Part shown: positions 27,284 to 36,545 of the stretch, piece after piece
How positions within the stretch are numbered: position 1 is the first letter of the stretch
Layout: each line of letters starts with the position of its first letter
Assembly (NCBI GenBank): GCA_964517685.1
Contig: CAZFCF010000001.1
Span: 345,458 to 409,457 of the forward strand
Direction of reading: 5' to 3'
Length of the DNA stretch: 64,000 bases
Origin: an uncultured Gammaproteobacteria bacterium
GTDB taxonomy: Bacteria > Cyanobacteriota > Vampirovibrionia > LMEP-6097
Program-made: the position numbers and the translations under genes
The notes under the pieces: generated by a model
The model's input: only the letters and a program-made list of their open reading frames with translations
Databases searched by the model: none
What the model was told of the DNA's origin: nothing

Positions 27284-29506
27284 TTGTGTATTATAAAGAG
27301 GGACAAAAAACAACCAGTAAATACGATTATGAAATTTATAGACTTTAAAAATATATGGGTAAGGCTCGCAATTATAGTAATTATTGCGGCAATCACTTGG
27401 TCAAGTAGTATCACCAATGAATTCGTTGGTTACGATGACATCAAACTAATAATTCGTAACGAAAGAGTACAGAAAGATCTTGCTTATACTCTGAATTTTT
27501 ATTGGAATATAGTTTCAGATAGTCATAACGTAGCTTGGACAAATTACCCAACAGTAATTTATAGACCTCTAGAGTGGTTTGGTTCAGCAGTAGGTTACAA
27601 AATCTGGGGACCTAGATCTTGGGCATACCATTTATTTGTAAATTTTAGTTTCCACATTCTCAATTCAATATTACTGTTCTTTATTATTTCAAAGATATTT
27701 TATACACCGATCAAAGGCACTGAAGATCCAGCAATAGAGATTGTTTCAAGTCCAAAGGCTTTGACCAAAACTAAAGGTAAAAAAAGTAAAAGCTCTACCA
27801 AAACCTTTACTCAAAATACAAATAAATTAGAGAACTTACATAGAGTTTCTTGGTGGTTACCTTTTGTAATTATTCTACTTTGGGTAATACATCCTCTACA
27901 TAATGAGGCAGTAAATATGCTGACTTCTGGTGTTGGCTTCTTGTCAGCAACTCTATTCTGCCTGACCGGTTTTACTATTTTTCTCTATGTACAAGACCTT
28001 CATAAATTAAAGAATATTGGACTTTTAGTACTCGCAAGTGCTCTCATGTTTATTGGCTATCATGGTTCAGAAATGACTGTCATTGCCCCTTGGGTTTTAG
28101 TAGTAGTATTTGCTCGCTCGATCTTGGGCAGGGACATCAAAAGCTATAAGCATGAGCTTTTCAAGATTATTTTGGCATTTGCTTCATCTATTAGCTATCT
28201 TTCACATAGATCTTTTATTGTATCTGAAGATAAAGAATGGATGGCAGGTGGACTCAATAATTTCTTTGAAAGACTATTTGTAGTTGCACCAGAAATTTTA
28301 TTTCATTACGTTAAATTATTTTTCTTTCCTATCAAACTCACTGTAGATCAGCATCACAATGTAGTTTTAGAAAATGCTTACACACCTTACCATTTACTAT
28401 GCTTTGCAGTTGCTTTAGCTTTTGTTCTTGGCTTTTTTTATTTTATGTTTTTAAAAGAACCAGATTATGATTTGCACAATAAATTAATTGCTGGATCTAT
28501 CTTCTTTACTGGCTTTAGCATTGCAATTTCTCTGAACATTATTCCTCTCTATGTACTTGCAAGAGACAGATATACTTACTTTTTTTGTTTAGGTATGTAT
28601 TGTGTGATTTTTCTTATTGCTGATAAATATTGGTTTAGCAAAGATTCAATTAAAGAAAAATTATTTAACAACATAAATAATCTAAGAACTATTTTGATTA
28701 CAATACTTTGTATTTTAGTAGTTGCTTACGGAACTAGATCTTTTATAAAATCATTTGATTGGCGCAATGGTGAAGCTTTCTGGAGCTCTACGATTGACTC
28801 TGTAAGTGATCTTGGCAGTAAACAAAATTGGCGCTATAGATTATTGCAATATTATCAAGATCCAGGTACTACTACTTTTGTAGCAAATCAATTTATTAAA
28901 GAGAAAGCTCAAAAAGATTTCAATGAGTTTCCTTTTATTTACAACTTACTCAATAATCAAACTATTAATTTTTACCTCAAGGAGGCTGCAAACCCAGATC
29001 ATTATCTACTTAATAAATATTCTTACATTGGTAATAAAGCAATTGCTTCTGCATTATTCTTTAATGCAACTGAAGCTTTGACTACATCACAGTTTGACCT
29101 TGCAATGAATTTATTCAAAGCATCTCATTTATACTATCCTGAGCATTTCCAAACTAACTTGCAAATGCTTATTCATACTTATGGTCAGGATGAGAAATTT
29201 ACAAACTATCTATTAAGTAAAATGGAAAAGGATGCCTATAGTAATTCATTCTTAGCTAAAGGATTAATGGATGGACTGTTCTATATTAAACATCCTCGAA
29301 CTTACCAATATGCAAGGCTCTATGCACAACGCTTTCCAAACACACAAGTATTCAATGTCTATCTTTTCCATGCATCCTTAATGGTAAAAGATTATCCAAC
29401 AGCTTATGCTGCGGCAAAAGAAGTCACGAAGAAATACGTTGAACAAGATACTTTTAGTGACTTTATGAGACAGTATGAAGCGGCAAATGGGATTTCTAAG
29501 CCTTAA
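27284..29506 (+). CDS. TMTC-like GT-C membrane glycosyltransferase
   Basis: FVGYDD, YRPL, HPLHNEAVN, DRYTY, DWRN..FW; multi-TM N-terminus and helical C-terminus. Confidence 0.75.
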   Translation: MCIIKRDKKQPVNTIMKFIDFKNIWVRLAIIVIIAAITWSSSITNEFVGYDDIKLIIRNERVQKDLAYTLNFYWNIVSDSHNVAWTNYPTVIYRPLEWFGSAVGYKIWGPRSWAYHLFVNFSFHILNSILLFFIISKIFYTPIKGTEDPAIEIVSSPKALTKTKGKKSKSSTKTFTQNTNKLENLHRVSWWLPFVIILLWVIHPLHNEAVNMLTSGVGFLSATLFCLTGFTIFLYVQDLHKLKNIGLLVLASALMFIGYHGSEMTVIAPWVLVVVFARSILGRDIKSYKHELFKIILAFASSISYLSHRSFIVSEDKEWMAGGLNNFFERLFVVAPEILFHYVKLFFFPIKLTVDQHHNVVLENAYTPYHLLCFAVALAFVLGFFYFMFLKEPDYDLHNKLIAGSIFFTGFSIAISLNIIPLYVLARDRYTYFFCLGMYCVIFLIADKYWFSKDSIKEKLFNNINNLRTILITILCILVVAYGTRSFIKSFDWRNGEAFWSSTIDSVSDLGSKQNWRYRLLQYYQDPGTTTFVANQFIKEKAQKDFNEFPFIYNLLNNQTINFYLKEAANPDHYLLNKYSYIGNKAIASALFFNATEALTTSQFDLAMNLFKASHLYYPEHFQTNLQMLIHTYGQDEKFTNYLLSKMEKDAYSNSFLAKGLMDGLFYIKHPRTYQYARLYAQRFPNTQVFNVYLFHASLMVKDYPTAYAAAKEVTKKYVEQDTFSDFMRQYEAANGISKP

Positions 29507-29567
29507 GGATCCAGAACTACTCAAAAGATATTGATATTTCACGAATCGATGAGTTATTATCTTCCAC

Positions 29568-30380
29568 ATGGCAACAAAAAACGCAGTAAATAACACAGGA
29601 ATAACTCCTTTAATAAATGTTATAGAGCAAGCTGCTAAAGAAGCTCATTCTAATCCTGTGGATTCGACTATTACTGATCCTAGTTCTTCTACTTCTGCTC
29701 CTTTTAATCAACTTTTTACCAAGAGTATTTCTATGGCTAATGAACTTCTTTCCTCTCCTTTCTCAAACGAGAGTAACATGACTGTAACAGAAAATATTGT
29801 TAATGGAATTACGGCACTTGGTTATAAAGCTGCGGGACAAATTTCTTCAGTACTAAACAATGTTAGCCTCACACTTGGAAACACAATAAGAAAAAAACTG
29901 CAAAACGAAGCAAGAGAAACTTTAATCACAACTCTTAACGATCCTAGTGTGCAAATTGACTGTAAACCAATATACAAGAAGGGTTCAATTCCAGTAAGTA
30001 AATTCTTTGGATATCCAATACAGAGAGTTCCCACAACTCTTACTCTTAAGACTCAAGATCAAAAAATGCGCACTTATACAATATGGCTTGAAATTGAAAA
30101 TCCAGAAACAGAAGGTATAATTAGTAATTGGTCAAACATAGAAAATATTCAACTATTAAAAGTAGAACAAGATTTGATTACGGATTCTTCTGGTTTAAAT
30201 GGAAATAACCTTAAACTTGAGATAGGGGTAGTTCCACCATCTCCACCGCCGCCGCCGCCAAAACCTGGCGAACGAACTCAATTATACTATCCAGACCCTT
30301 TTGATCAAGAACTTTTAGATTGCCTCAACAAAAAAGATATTTTGAATAAAGCTTGGAAAGCAGCTCTTGGCTATTCTTAA
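29568..30380 (+). CDS. Hypothetical protein with a polyproline tract
   Basis: 270 aa, S/T/N-rich N-terminus, PPSPPPPPPKP. Confidence 0.7.
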   Translation: MATKNAVNNTGITPLINVIEQAAKEAHSNPVDSTITDPSSSTSAPFNQLFTKSISMANELLSSPFSNESNMTVTENIVNGITALGYKAAGQISSVLNNVSLTLGNTIRKKLQNEARETLITTLNDPSVQIDCKPIYKKGSIPVSKFFGYPIQRVPTTLTLKTQDQKMRTYTIWLEIENPETEGIISNWSNIENIQLLKVEQDLITDSSGLNGNNLKLEIGVVPPSPPPPPPKPGERTQLYYPDPFDQELLDCLNKKDILNKAWKAALGYS

Positions 30381-30462
30381 TAGCCAAATCGATATAGAAG
30401 AAGGCAAACACATAGAATCTAAGATCTCTCTACAAGGTTTGCTTGCCTCATAAAGAATCCTC

Positions 30463-30516
30463 ATACTTATAAATAGCAGCCGGTCGTATATTGGCTTCTA
30501 GAGCTATAATCTCAGA
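30463..30516. repeat. 54-bp direct repeat, copy 1 (duplicated 3' end of the ATP-grasp gene)
   Basis: 49/54 identical to 32112-32165; minus strand reads SEIIALEANIRPAAIYKY then EDSL*. Confidence 0.9.
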
Positions 30517-30525
30517 TTTATTTAA

Positions 30526-32004
30526 TTGACATTACGTCGCGATTCAGCTATTATCTCGAGGGTGCAGGTCAGATCACTATTCAAACCTTTTTACTATGCT
30601 CCAGACAGCGAAGCTACAAGTGGAGCTGGGGCAGAACCACCACCAGAAAGTAATTTTAATAAAAAGCTTGCAGCCAAAGTCAAACCTAACCCAAATCTGC
30701 AATTAAAGTTAGCAGTAATATCTTTCCGTCAAAAAACTTCTGCTTTGTATGAAGAAGCATTAGATCCTGACGACCCTGTGGGCACTTTATATAAAAAGAA
30801 TAAAACTAAAGTTGACCTAGAGCAATTAGCAGAAGAAGTAAAAAAACTTATTGAACAAGGTGCAGATCCTAATTTTCAAATCAAAGGAAGATTTTTACTG
30901 GGTTTTCTATGTGAAATTTACGATCACCTAAATTCCATATCTGATTTTGGTCCAGAAGCAAAATCACTTAACGATGTCTTTAAAGAATTAGTTATTAGCT
31001 TAGTAGAATCAGGAGCCAACTTAGCCAATATTGAGTGGAGATGGCGAGATCATGAATCATCCTATAATCCCATATTATCGATATTTAATCATTCCGAGGA
31101 TTTCAATAATTTAGAAAAGCTTCTATTAATTAACTCAACTGCTCAAAGTGTTTTAGATCAAACAACATTACTACATCAAGTCATTAAAATTTACTCACCA
31201 AGGGATAAAACATCTGATTACAACGATAAATTTGCAAAGATAGTTGAGGCAATGATTATGAATGGTGCAGATCCAGATTCAAGGAATGCAGATGGTGATT
31301 CAGCTAAAGATGCGGCTCTTGGACTTGATCACTGCTCCACTGCAATTAAAAAAGCTCTCGGTATACAAGATTGTCTACCTAATCTTTATGAACTTTATCA
31401 GAAAGGTGATTTTGATGATGAGCTCTTGGAAAGAAGTCATCCTGATGATCTTATTACTAATGATGTAAGTAACTCTGTAATTTATTTGATGACTAGTAAA
31501 GGAGATATAGAAAATTTAAAAAAAATTTTAAAGCCAGCTAAAATAAATTTTTCAAATAATCCAGAATTTTGGACTAGGATATTGCGCGAAGCATTGGACA
31601 CGTTACGTCCATCCTCTCGTGGTGAAAATGCAATAGAAGTAATAATGTTTTTTCTAAATAATGGAGTCAAACCAGATTACCTTATATCTAATCGCTTTTT
31701 TACTCTTATAACAGATATAAGGTTATTAGGTAGCATTAGACCATTACCACAAGAATTTTTAGATAAAATTATAGAAACATCTCGCTATTTAAGTGATATT
31801 AACCTTAAAGAACTACGTGAATTTATTGAAAAAAAATATCATTTAAGTAATGATAAAGCTCTTTTGAAAAAATTCCCAAGAGCTACACCTGAGAATATGG
31901 ACGAATTAAAAAGGTTATATAATCAATATATTGTAAATCCAGAGAAGCCTGAGAACTTAACGAACCTCAATATACACCTGCATTTTATTAAAAATAGAGA
32001 TTAA
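30526..32004 (+). CDS. Ankyrin-repeat-like protein (possible start GTG 30562)
   Basis: LIEQGADPN, LVESGANL, TLLHQVI, MIMNGADPDSRNADGDSA, FLNNGV. Confidence 0.7.
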   Translation: MTLRRDSAIISRVQVRSLFKPFYYAPDSEATSGAGAEPPPESNFNKKLAAKVKPNPNLQLKLAVISFRQKTSALYEEALDPDDPVGTLYKKNKTKVDLEQLAEEVKKLIEQGADPNFQIKGRFLLGFLCEIYDHLNSISDFGPEAKSLNDVFKELVISLVESGANLANIEWRWRDHESSYNPILSIFNHSEDFNNLEKLLLINSTAQSVLDQTTLLHQVIKIYSPRDKTSDYNDKFAKIVEAMIMNGADPDSRNADGDSAKDAALGLDHCSTAIKKALGIQDCLPNLYELYQKGDFDDELLERSHPDDLITNDVSNSVIYLMTSKGDIENLKKILKPAKINFSNNPEFWTRILREALDTLRPSSRGENAIEVIMFFLNNGVKPDYLISNRFFTLITDIRLLGSIRPLPQEFLDKIIETSRYLSDINLKELREFIEKKYHLSNDKALLKKFPRATPENMDELKRLYNQYIVNPEKPENLTNLNIHLHFIKNRD

Positions 32005-32011
32005 AATTAAA

Positions 32012-32104
32012 CCAGTCAATCAGAAGTTCTTAAGTAGACTGGATTGCCACGTCGGACTTCGTCCTCCTCGCAATGACATGGATCCTTACGCTTCGCTCAG
32101 GATG
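32012..32104. repeat. Family A units; the second supplies the stop codon of the ATP-grasp gene
   Basis: gactggattgccacgtcggacttcgtcctcctcgcaatgac followed by tggatccttacgcttcgctcaggatg. Confidence 0.88.
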
Positions 32105-32951
32105 GTAACTGATACTTATAAATAGCCGCCGGTCGTATATTGGCTTCCAGGACTATAATCTCTGACCCATCTTGTTTCATTAAGTCAATAGAAAAAATCT
32201 CAGGCATAATGATTTGGTTAGCCCAAGCGAACTCATCAATCACATTAACTATTTCAGCAATAAATTTCTTTTGAGCATCGCCCCAGTTTTCTTGGATATA
32301 TAAATCACCAAATATATAAAGTGCTTTGGTCTCTTTGGCATCCTTTATATATTCTTGTAAGAGACAATCATCATATTTTAAAATTTTGCTAATTGCTTCA
32401 TTGCCTACATTTAACTCTGTGACTGGGATTACTGCAAAGTCAATTTTTTCAGTTCCATGACGTGGCTTAACTGCGATAGATTGAAATTTAGATAGTTTAT
32501 TTTTTTCCTCATCACTAATAAATTTATGATTAGTATGAATGGTTAAAGTGAAAGGCTGTCTAATTTCATTTGCTGTCATTAAGGCATAAAACAAAAATTT
32601 ATCATCAAAGATTTTAGCTATTTTATTGTAGGGATTAACCTGATAGACTTCATGGTCAAATGCCCATTTGGAGATGGTTTTATGAAGGCTTATTTCTTCG
32701 TCCAAAGGTAGATGCACAGTATAAATATAAAAAGATTTAGGATCTAACTCTAAGAGCTTATTCAAATCATCATAATGACAAGTAAGAACTTCTTTAAAAT
32801 CTGTTTTTTCTTTTATAGCTTTTAGAGAAGATTCGAGTAATTTACCATCAAGACCATGTACTAAATATAGAGATAAATTTTTCTTAGAACCTCTAAATTT
32901 AAGCTCTCTACCCAAATTAAAATCTTCGAATTTATTAGCTAGACTTCTCAT
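32097..32951 (-). CDS. ATP-grasp fold protein
   Basis: DDKFLFY, AVKPRHG, LLQEYI, FSIDL, VLEANIRP. Confidence 0.75.
   Translation of the reverse strand: MRSLANKFEDFNLGRELKFRGSKKNLSLYLVHGLDGKLLESSLKAIKEKTDFKEVLTCHYDDLNKLLELDPKSFYIYTVHLPLDEEISLHKTISKWAFDHEVYQVNPYNKIAKIFDDKFLFYALMTANEIRQPFTLTIHTNHKFISDEEKNKLSKFQSIAVKPRHGTEKIDFAVIPVTELNVGNEAISKILKYDDCLLQEYIKDAKETKALYIFGDLYIQENWGDAQKKFIAEIVNVIDEFAWANQIIMPEIFSIDLMKQDGSEIIVLEANIRPAAIYKYQLPS
32112..32165. repeat. 54-bp direct repeat, copy 2
   Basis: Matches 30463-30516; lies inside the 3' end of the ATP-grasp CDS. Confidence 0.9.
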
Positions 32952-33553
32952 AAATATGCTCTTGGGTTAATTGCCTTAGAGAAATTTTTACCATCTTCAT
33001 AGAACATAACCCTGATGCCTCTAAAGCCAATTTTAGCCTTGCCTCTATAGTTATTTTCATAAGCAACTAAACCTTTCTGGAAAAAATGACCTTGAACTTT
33101 AGCCTGGTTAACTTCTTTTACATAACTACCTCTTTGACCTAACTCAAACATTTTCAAAGCTCGGTTTTTAACTTCTTCTCTATTTAAATTTGGATTTGCA
33201 TGAGGTTGTGGATAAAGATGTTCCATCTTTACTTTGTCATTGAGGAAGAAAGCTTTAAGACGCCAGCTACTATCTAATGAATAAGTTACATAGCCAGTAA
33301 AGCCTAGCTTAGAAGGGAAGTCCTTAACTTCTACAGGCTGACCATACTGAGCTAGATTTTGCTCATAATTATTATTCAATTTTGCAGAGACTTTATTAAC
33401 ACTAAAGAATATTAATAAAGCTAAAGCTAATTTGTATTGCATAGAGTTAATTATATAGCAAATGAATGATTGAAGTTTGGAAGCAGTGCCAAAATGATTT
33501 AGAATTACTTTTCTAGATGTCTGATTTGAAAATTGAAAATAGAACATACTCAT
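32948..33553 (-). CDS. Hypothetical exported protein (likely start at MQYKLAL, ~33442)
   Basis: Signal-peptide-like MQYKLALALLIFFSVNKVSA; the longer start would overlap the divergent kinase gene. Confidence 0.65.
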   Translation of the reverse strand: MSMFYFQFSNQTSRKVILNHFGTASKLQSFICYIINSMQYKLALALLIFFSVNKVSAKLNNNYEQNLAQYGQPVEVKDFPSKLGFTGYVTYSLDSSWRLKAFFLNDKVKMEHLYPQPHANPNLNREEVKNRALKMFELGQRGSYVKEVNQAKVQGHFFQKGLVAYENNYRGKAKIGFRGIRVMFYEDGKNFSKAINPRAYL

Positions 33554-34773
33554 GGAGCTGGTTTAGAAGCTTAGTTAAAATCATTAAAGATTACGATCAG
33601 GTGAATTTAATTGTAGAAAAAGTCCAAGAGTCGTTTATTGATTATTTAAATTATTATCGTGCAGAAATTTTTATCGTAGAGAATCCTGACAAAGAAGGTA
33701 ATGAAAAAAACTACGTAGATAAACTTGCTAGTTCATCTTTTTTTAGTAGAGAAGTTATAGAAGATATTTTCCTACATAAGAAGCCTTGTAGATTGGATGA
33801 CAAACAAGTTATTTTTCCATTAGAGACAGAGGATAGAATCTTAGGTTTAGTTTACGTTTATAGTAAAGAACAAATTAACCAAGAAGAATTTAATATGCTC
33901 TGGTCTTTTTGTGATCACTTAGCAACTAGAGTAAATGAATTACAAATGCCGACAAATTTAGATCCAGTTTCTAAAACTAAAATCAAAGAGATCTCCAATT
34001 CAATTTTCAATAACCTAAAAAGCTTTCTGGAAGCGTCTTTAGGACGATTAAAAGTACTGGAAGAACAGAATATTCAACTCGTAGAAGTTAACCGCACCAG
34101 AACAGAATTAATCAATAACGTTTCTCATGAATTAAGAACTCCGCTTGTAAGTATTATGGGCTTTTCAAATTTATTACAAAGACATGAAGCTAAGCCTGAA
34201 TTAATCAAAGAAGCCAGTGAACAAATTCAATCAGCTGGAAGCCGTCTCTCAAGGATGATTGATGACTTGATCCAACTCAACCGAGCTAGCACACGTGGCT
34301 GGGATATCAATTCAGAAAAATTAGATATTGGTGAGATTACAAAGTTTGTCATCAACACTCTTGCACCCCTAAACAAAGATCATAATTTTACAGTTAGCTA
34401 TATCAATGAATATCCGCTCATTAAAGCAGATAGAAAACTTTTAAGACAAGTTATAGAGAATCTCTTAATCAATGCCATTAAATATTCACCTTATGGTGGT
34501 GAAATTAATTGCTCAATAAAAATAGACGAAGGAAAAAAAGAATTAATTTTTGCAATTCGTGATAATGGCATAGGCATGACTAGAGAAGAACATGACAGGG
34601 TTTTTGAAAGATTTTATCGTGCGAAGAATCCTCAAACAGAAAATATTCCAGGCTTAGGCTTAGGTTTAAGTATCTGTAAGGATGTTATAGAAGCGCTCGA
34701 TGGTAAAATAAGCTGTGAATCAGAGTTTGGCACCGGTTCAATTTTTACTATTGTTTTTAATTATGGAAATTAA
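33517..34773 (+). CDS. Cytoplasmic sensor histidine kinase (GAF-like, HisKA, HATPase)
   Basis: SHELRTPL, NLLINAIKYS, DNGIG, FERFYR, GLGLGL; no response regulator nearby. Confidence 0.93.
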   Translation: MSDLKIENRTYSWSWFRSLVKIIKDYDQVNLIVEKVQESFIDYLNYYRAEIFIVENPDKEGNEKNYVDKLASSSFFSREVIEDIFLHKKPCRLDDKQVIFPLETEDRILGLVYVYSKEQINQEEFNMLWSFCDHLATRVNELQMPTNLDPVSKTKIKEISNSIFNNLKSFLEASLGRLKVLEEQNIQLVEVNRTRTELINNVSHELRTPLVSIMGFSNLLQRHEAKPELIKEASEQIQSAGSRLSRMIDDLIQLNRASTRGWDINSEKLDIGEITKFVINTLAPLNKDHNFTVSYINEYPLIKADRKLLRQVIENLLINAIKYSPYGGEINCSIKIDEGKKELIFAIRDNGIGMTREEHDRVFERFYRAKNPQTENIPGLGLGLSICKDVIEALDGKISCESEFGTGSIFTIVFNYGN

Positions 34774-35086
34774 AGAAATTACAGTTCAAGAACTTAAAGG
34801 CATGCAAGATAGTGGCAAAGACTATGTTCTTATAGACGTGCGTAATCCTGATGAATTTGATTATTGCAACTTGGGTGGCACTTTAATACCAATGTCACAA
34901 ATTGCTGAAAGGCTTACAGAGATTCCTAAAGACAAACTAGTAATCATTCATTGTCATCACGGCGGCAGAAGCCGCAAAGTAGTTCAATGGTTACAAGATG
35001 CTCAGGGATTTGATAACTTACATAATCTCTATGGCGGCATCCATGCGTGGTCCACTGAAATAGACACAAGTGTGCCTATGTATTGA
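34715..35086 (+). CDS. Rhodanese-like protein (likely start ATG 34763)
   Basis: LIDVRNPDE, HCHHGGRS, NLYGGIHAW. Confidence 0.9.
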   Translation: MNQSLAPVQFLLLFLIMEIKEITVQELKGMQDSGKDYVLIDVRNPDEFDYCNLGGTLIPMSQIAERLTEIPKDKLVIIHCHHGGRSRKVVQWLQDAQGFDNLHNLYGGIHAWSTEIDTSVPMY

Positions 35087-35214
35087 AATGAGTCTTAAAA
35101 GCATAATGTGATCTTCATATAGATTCGACTTCATTCCACTTGGAGCAAATCAAGCTTCTTTCTTCTCATCTCATATTACGATCAATATTACGCTTCTAAG
35201 ACTCATTATCAATA
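35081..35214. repeat. Family B palindromic element (short copy)
   Basis: TIR aatgagtcttaaaagcataat / attacgcttctaagactcatt; interior homologous to 12296-12527. Confidence 0.75.
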
Positions 35215-35230
35215 TAGTTATCATTTCCAA

Positions 35231-35355
35231 GAGCCTCTCCGAAAAGCTCCCAGATGCTAGGCTTGCGAGTCCCCGAGGAGCCGGAGTTTACTTAGCGTAA
35301 ATGAGGACGACGAGGGGCGAGCGTAACAACGCAGATGGGACTTTGCGGAAGGCTC
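35231..35355. repeat. Family C GC-rich palindromic element (RPE-1-like)
   Basis: gagcctctccgaaaagctccca...tgggactttgcggaaggctc ends, central tttac-ttagc-gtaaa hairpin; abuts the AI-2E stop codon. Confidence 0.7.
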
Positions 35356-36463
35356 AATACTCATTTGACTTAATAACTTTTAACCTGCTCAGCTCTACAT
35401 TGTAATCAATGACCGCGTTAATCGTAGCCAGTATCGGCAAAGCAAAAGCAATACCAATAATGCCTCCAACTTTCGCGCCGATGATCACAGCAAAGATTAT
35501 TGCTAAAGGATGTAGTCCTAAAGCATCACCCATTATTCTTGGAGCGATGAAGTTATCTCTCAGGAATTGTGTGTAGAGTAGATAAATTGCAAAGGCAATA
35601 ATTCCTTTACTCAATCCACTGGTCAAGCAAATGATTACTATACATGGAATAATTGCAGTCCAAGTTCCTATTACAGGAAAGACCTCTAACATCTGAGCAA
35701 AGGCAAACAATACAGCAAAAGGCACTTGCAAAAATAAATAAGTAACCAACATAACTGCAGAAGTCATAGTTGCAATTTGTACTTGTCCTGAGACAAAGGC
35801 ATTTAAACTACAATTTATTTTGACACGAATGGCCTGTAAATGCCTTGCAAGTCTGTCAGAGAATGGGGTTAAGAAGAGATGCCAAGCTCTATCTCCATCA
35901 ATTAACATATAAAAAGTCATTATTAAACTGAGAACTACGTAAAGAATAATGTTCACCGAGCTTGCAATTACCGTCATAAAAGTAGCTCCAGCATCAGCAA
36001 CATTTACTTGAGTTACAAAGCCAATTAAAGAATTTAAAATCTCTTCTTCACGCATATGTGAAAGAGGTAATTCAATTTGATAATTCTTCAGTAAAAATAA
36101 ATTCAAATTCAGCAAGAGCTGATAAATCTCTGTAACCAAGTTAGGCAAAGAGTTTCGTAACACTATAAACTGATCAACAATAGCAGGATAGCCAAAATAT
36201 ATTATGCAAACTAAAATCAAAACTGCAGCTGAGAATATTGATATAACAGCAAGTCCTCGTGATTTTATATGCCTTGCTAAAAAATTCACGGGTCTTGCAA
36301 GCATATAGTTAATTAGAATCGCAACAAAAAAACAAAAAACAATATCTTTAAATTGTTCGCCTATTTTTATTAGGACATAGCCAAGCGCAATCCATAACAA
36401 AACCAAAAGTAATCTATAAACTTGCTGTTTTAGAGAATTTATAGATTTATCATCAGGAATCAC
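35354..36463 (-). CDS. AI-2E family transporter
   Basis: FYMLIDG, FPVIG, DNFIAPRIMGDALGLHP. Confidence 0.92.
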   Translation of the reverse strand: MIPDDKSINSLKQQVYRLLLVLLWIALGYVLIKIGEQFKDIVFCFFVAILINYMLARPVNFLARHIKSRGLAVISIFSAAVLILVCIIYFGYPAIVDQFIVLRNSLPNLVTEIYQLLLNLNLFLLKNYQIELPLSHMREEEILNSLIGFVTQVNVADAGATFMTVIASSVNIILYVVLSLIMTFYMLIDGDRAWHLFLTPFSDRLARHLQAIRVKINCSLNAFVSGQVQIATMTSAVMLVTYLFLQVPFAVLFAFAQMLEVFPVIGTWTAIIPCIVIICLTSGLSKGIIAFAIYLLYTQFLRDNFIAPRIMGDALGLHPLAIIFAVIIGAKVGGIIGIAFALPILATINAVIDYNVELSRLKVIKSNEY

Positions 36464-36545
36464 TTACTTATATTTAAAGATACCCTGCAAAGCTTGTCAA
36501 AAAATATACTTAATATATAATGAAAAACTGACGACCAAATCTTCC

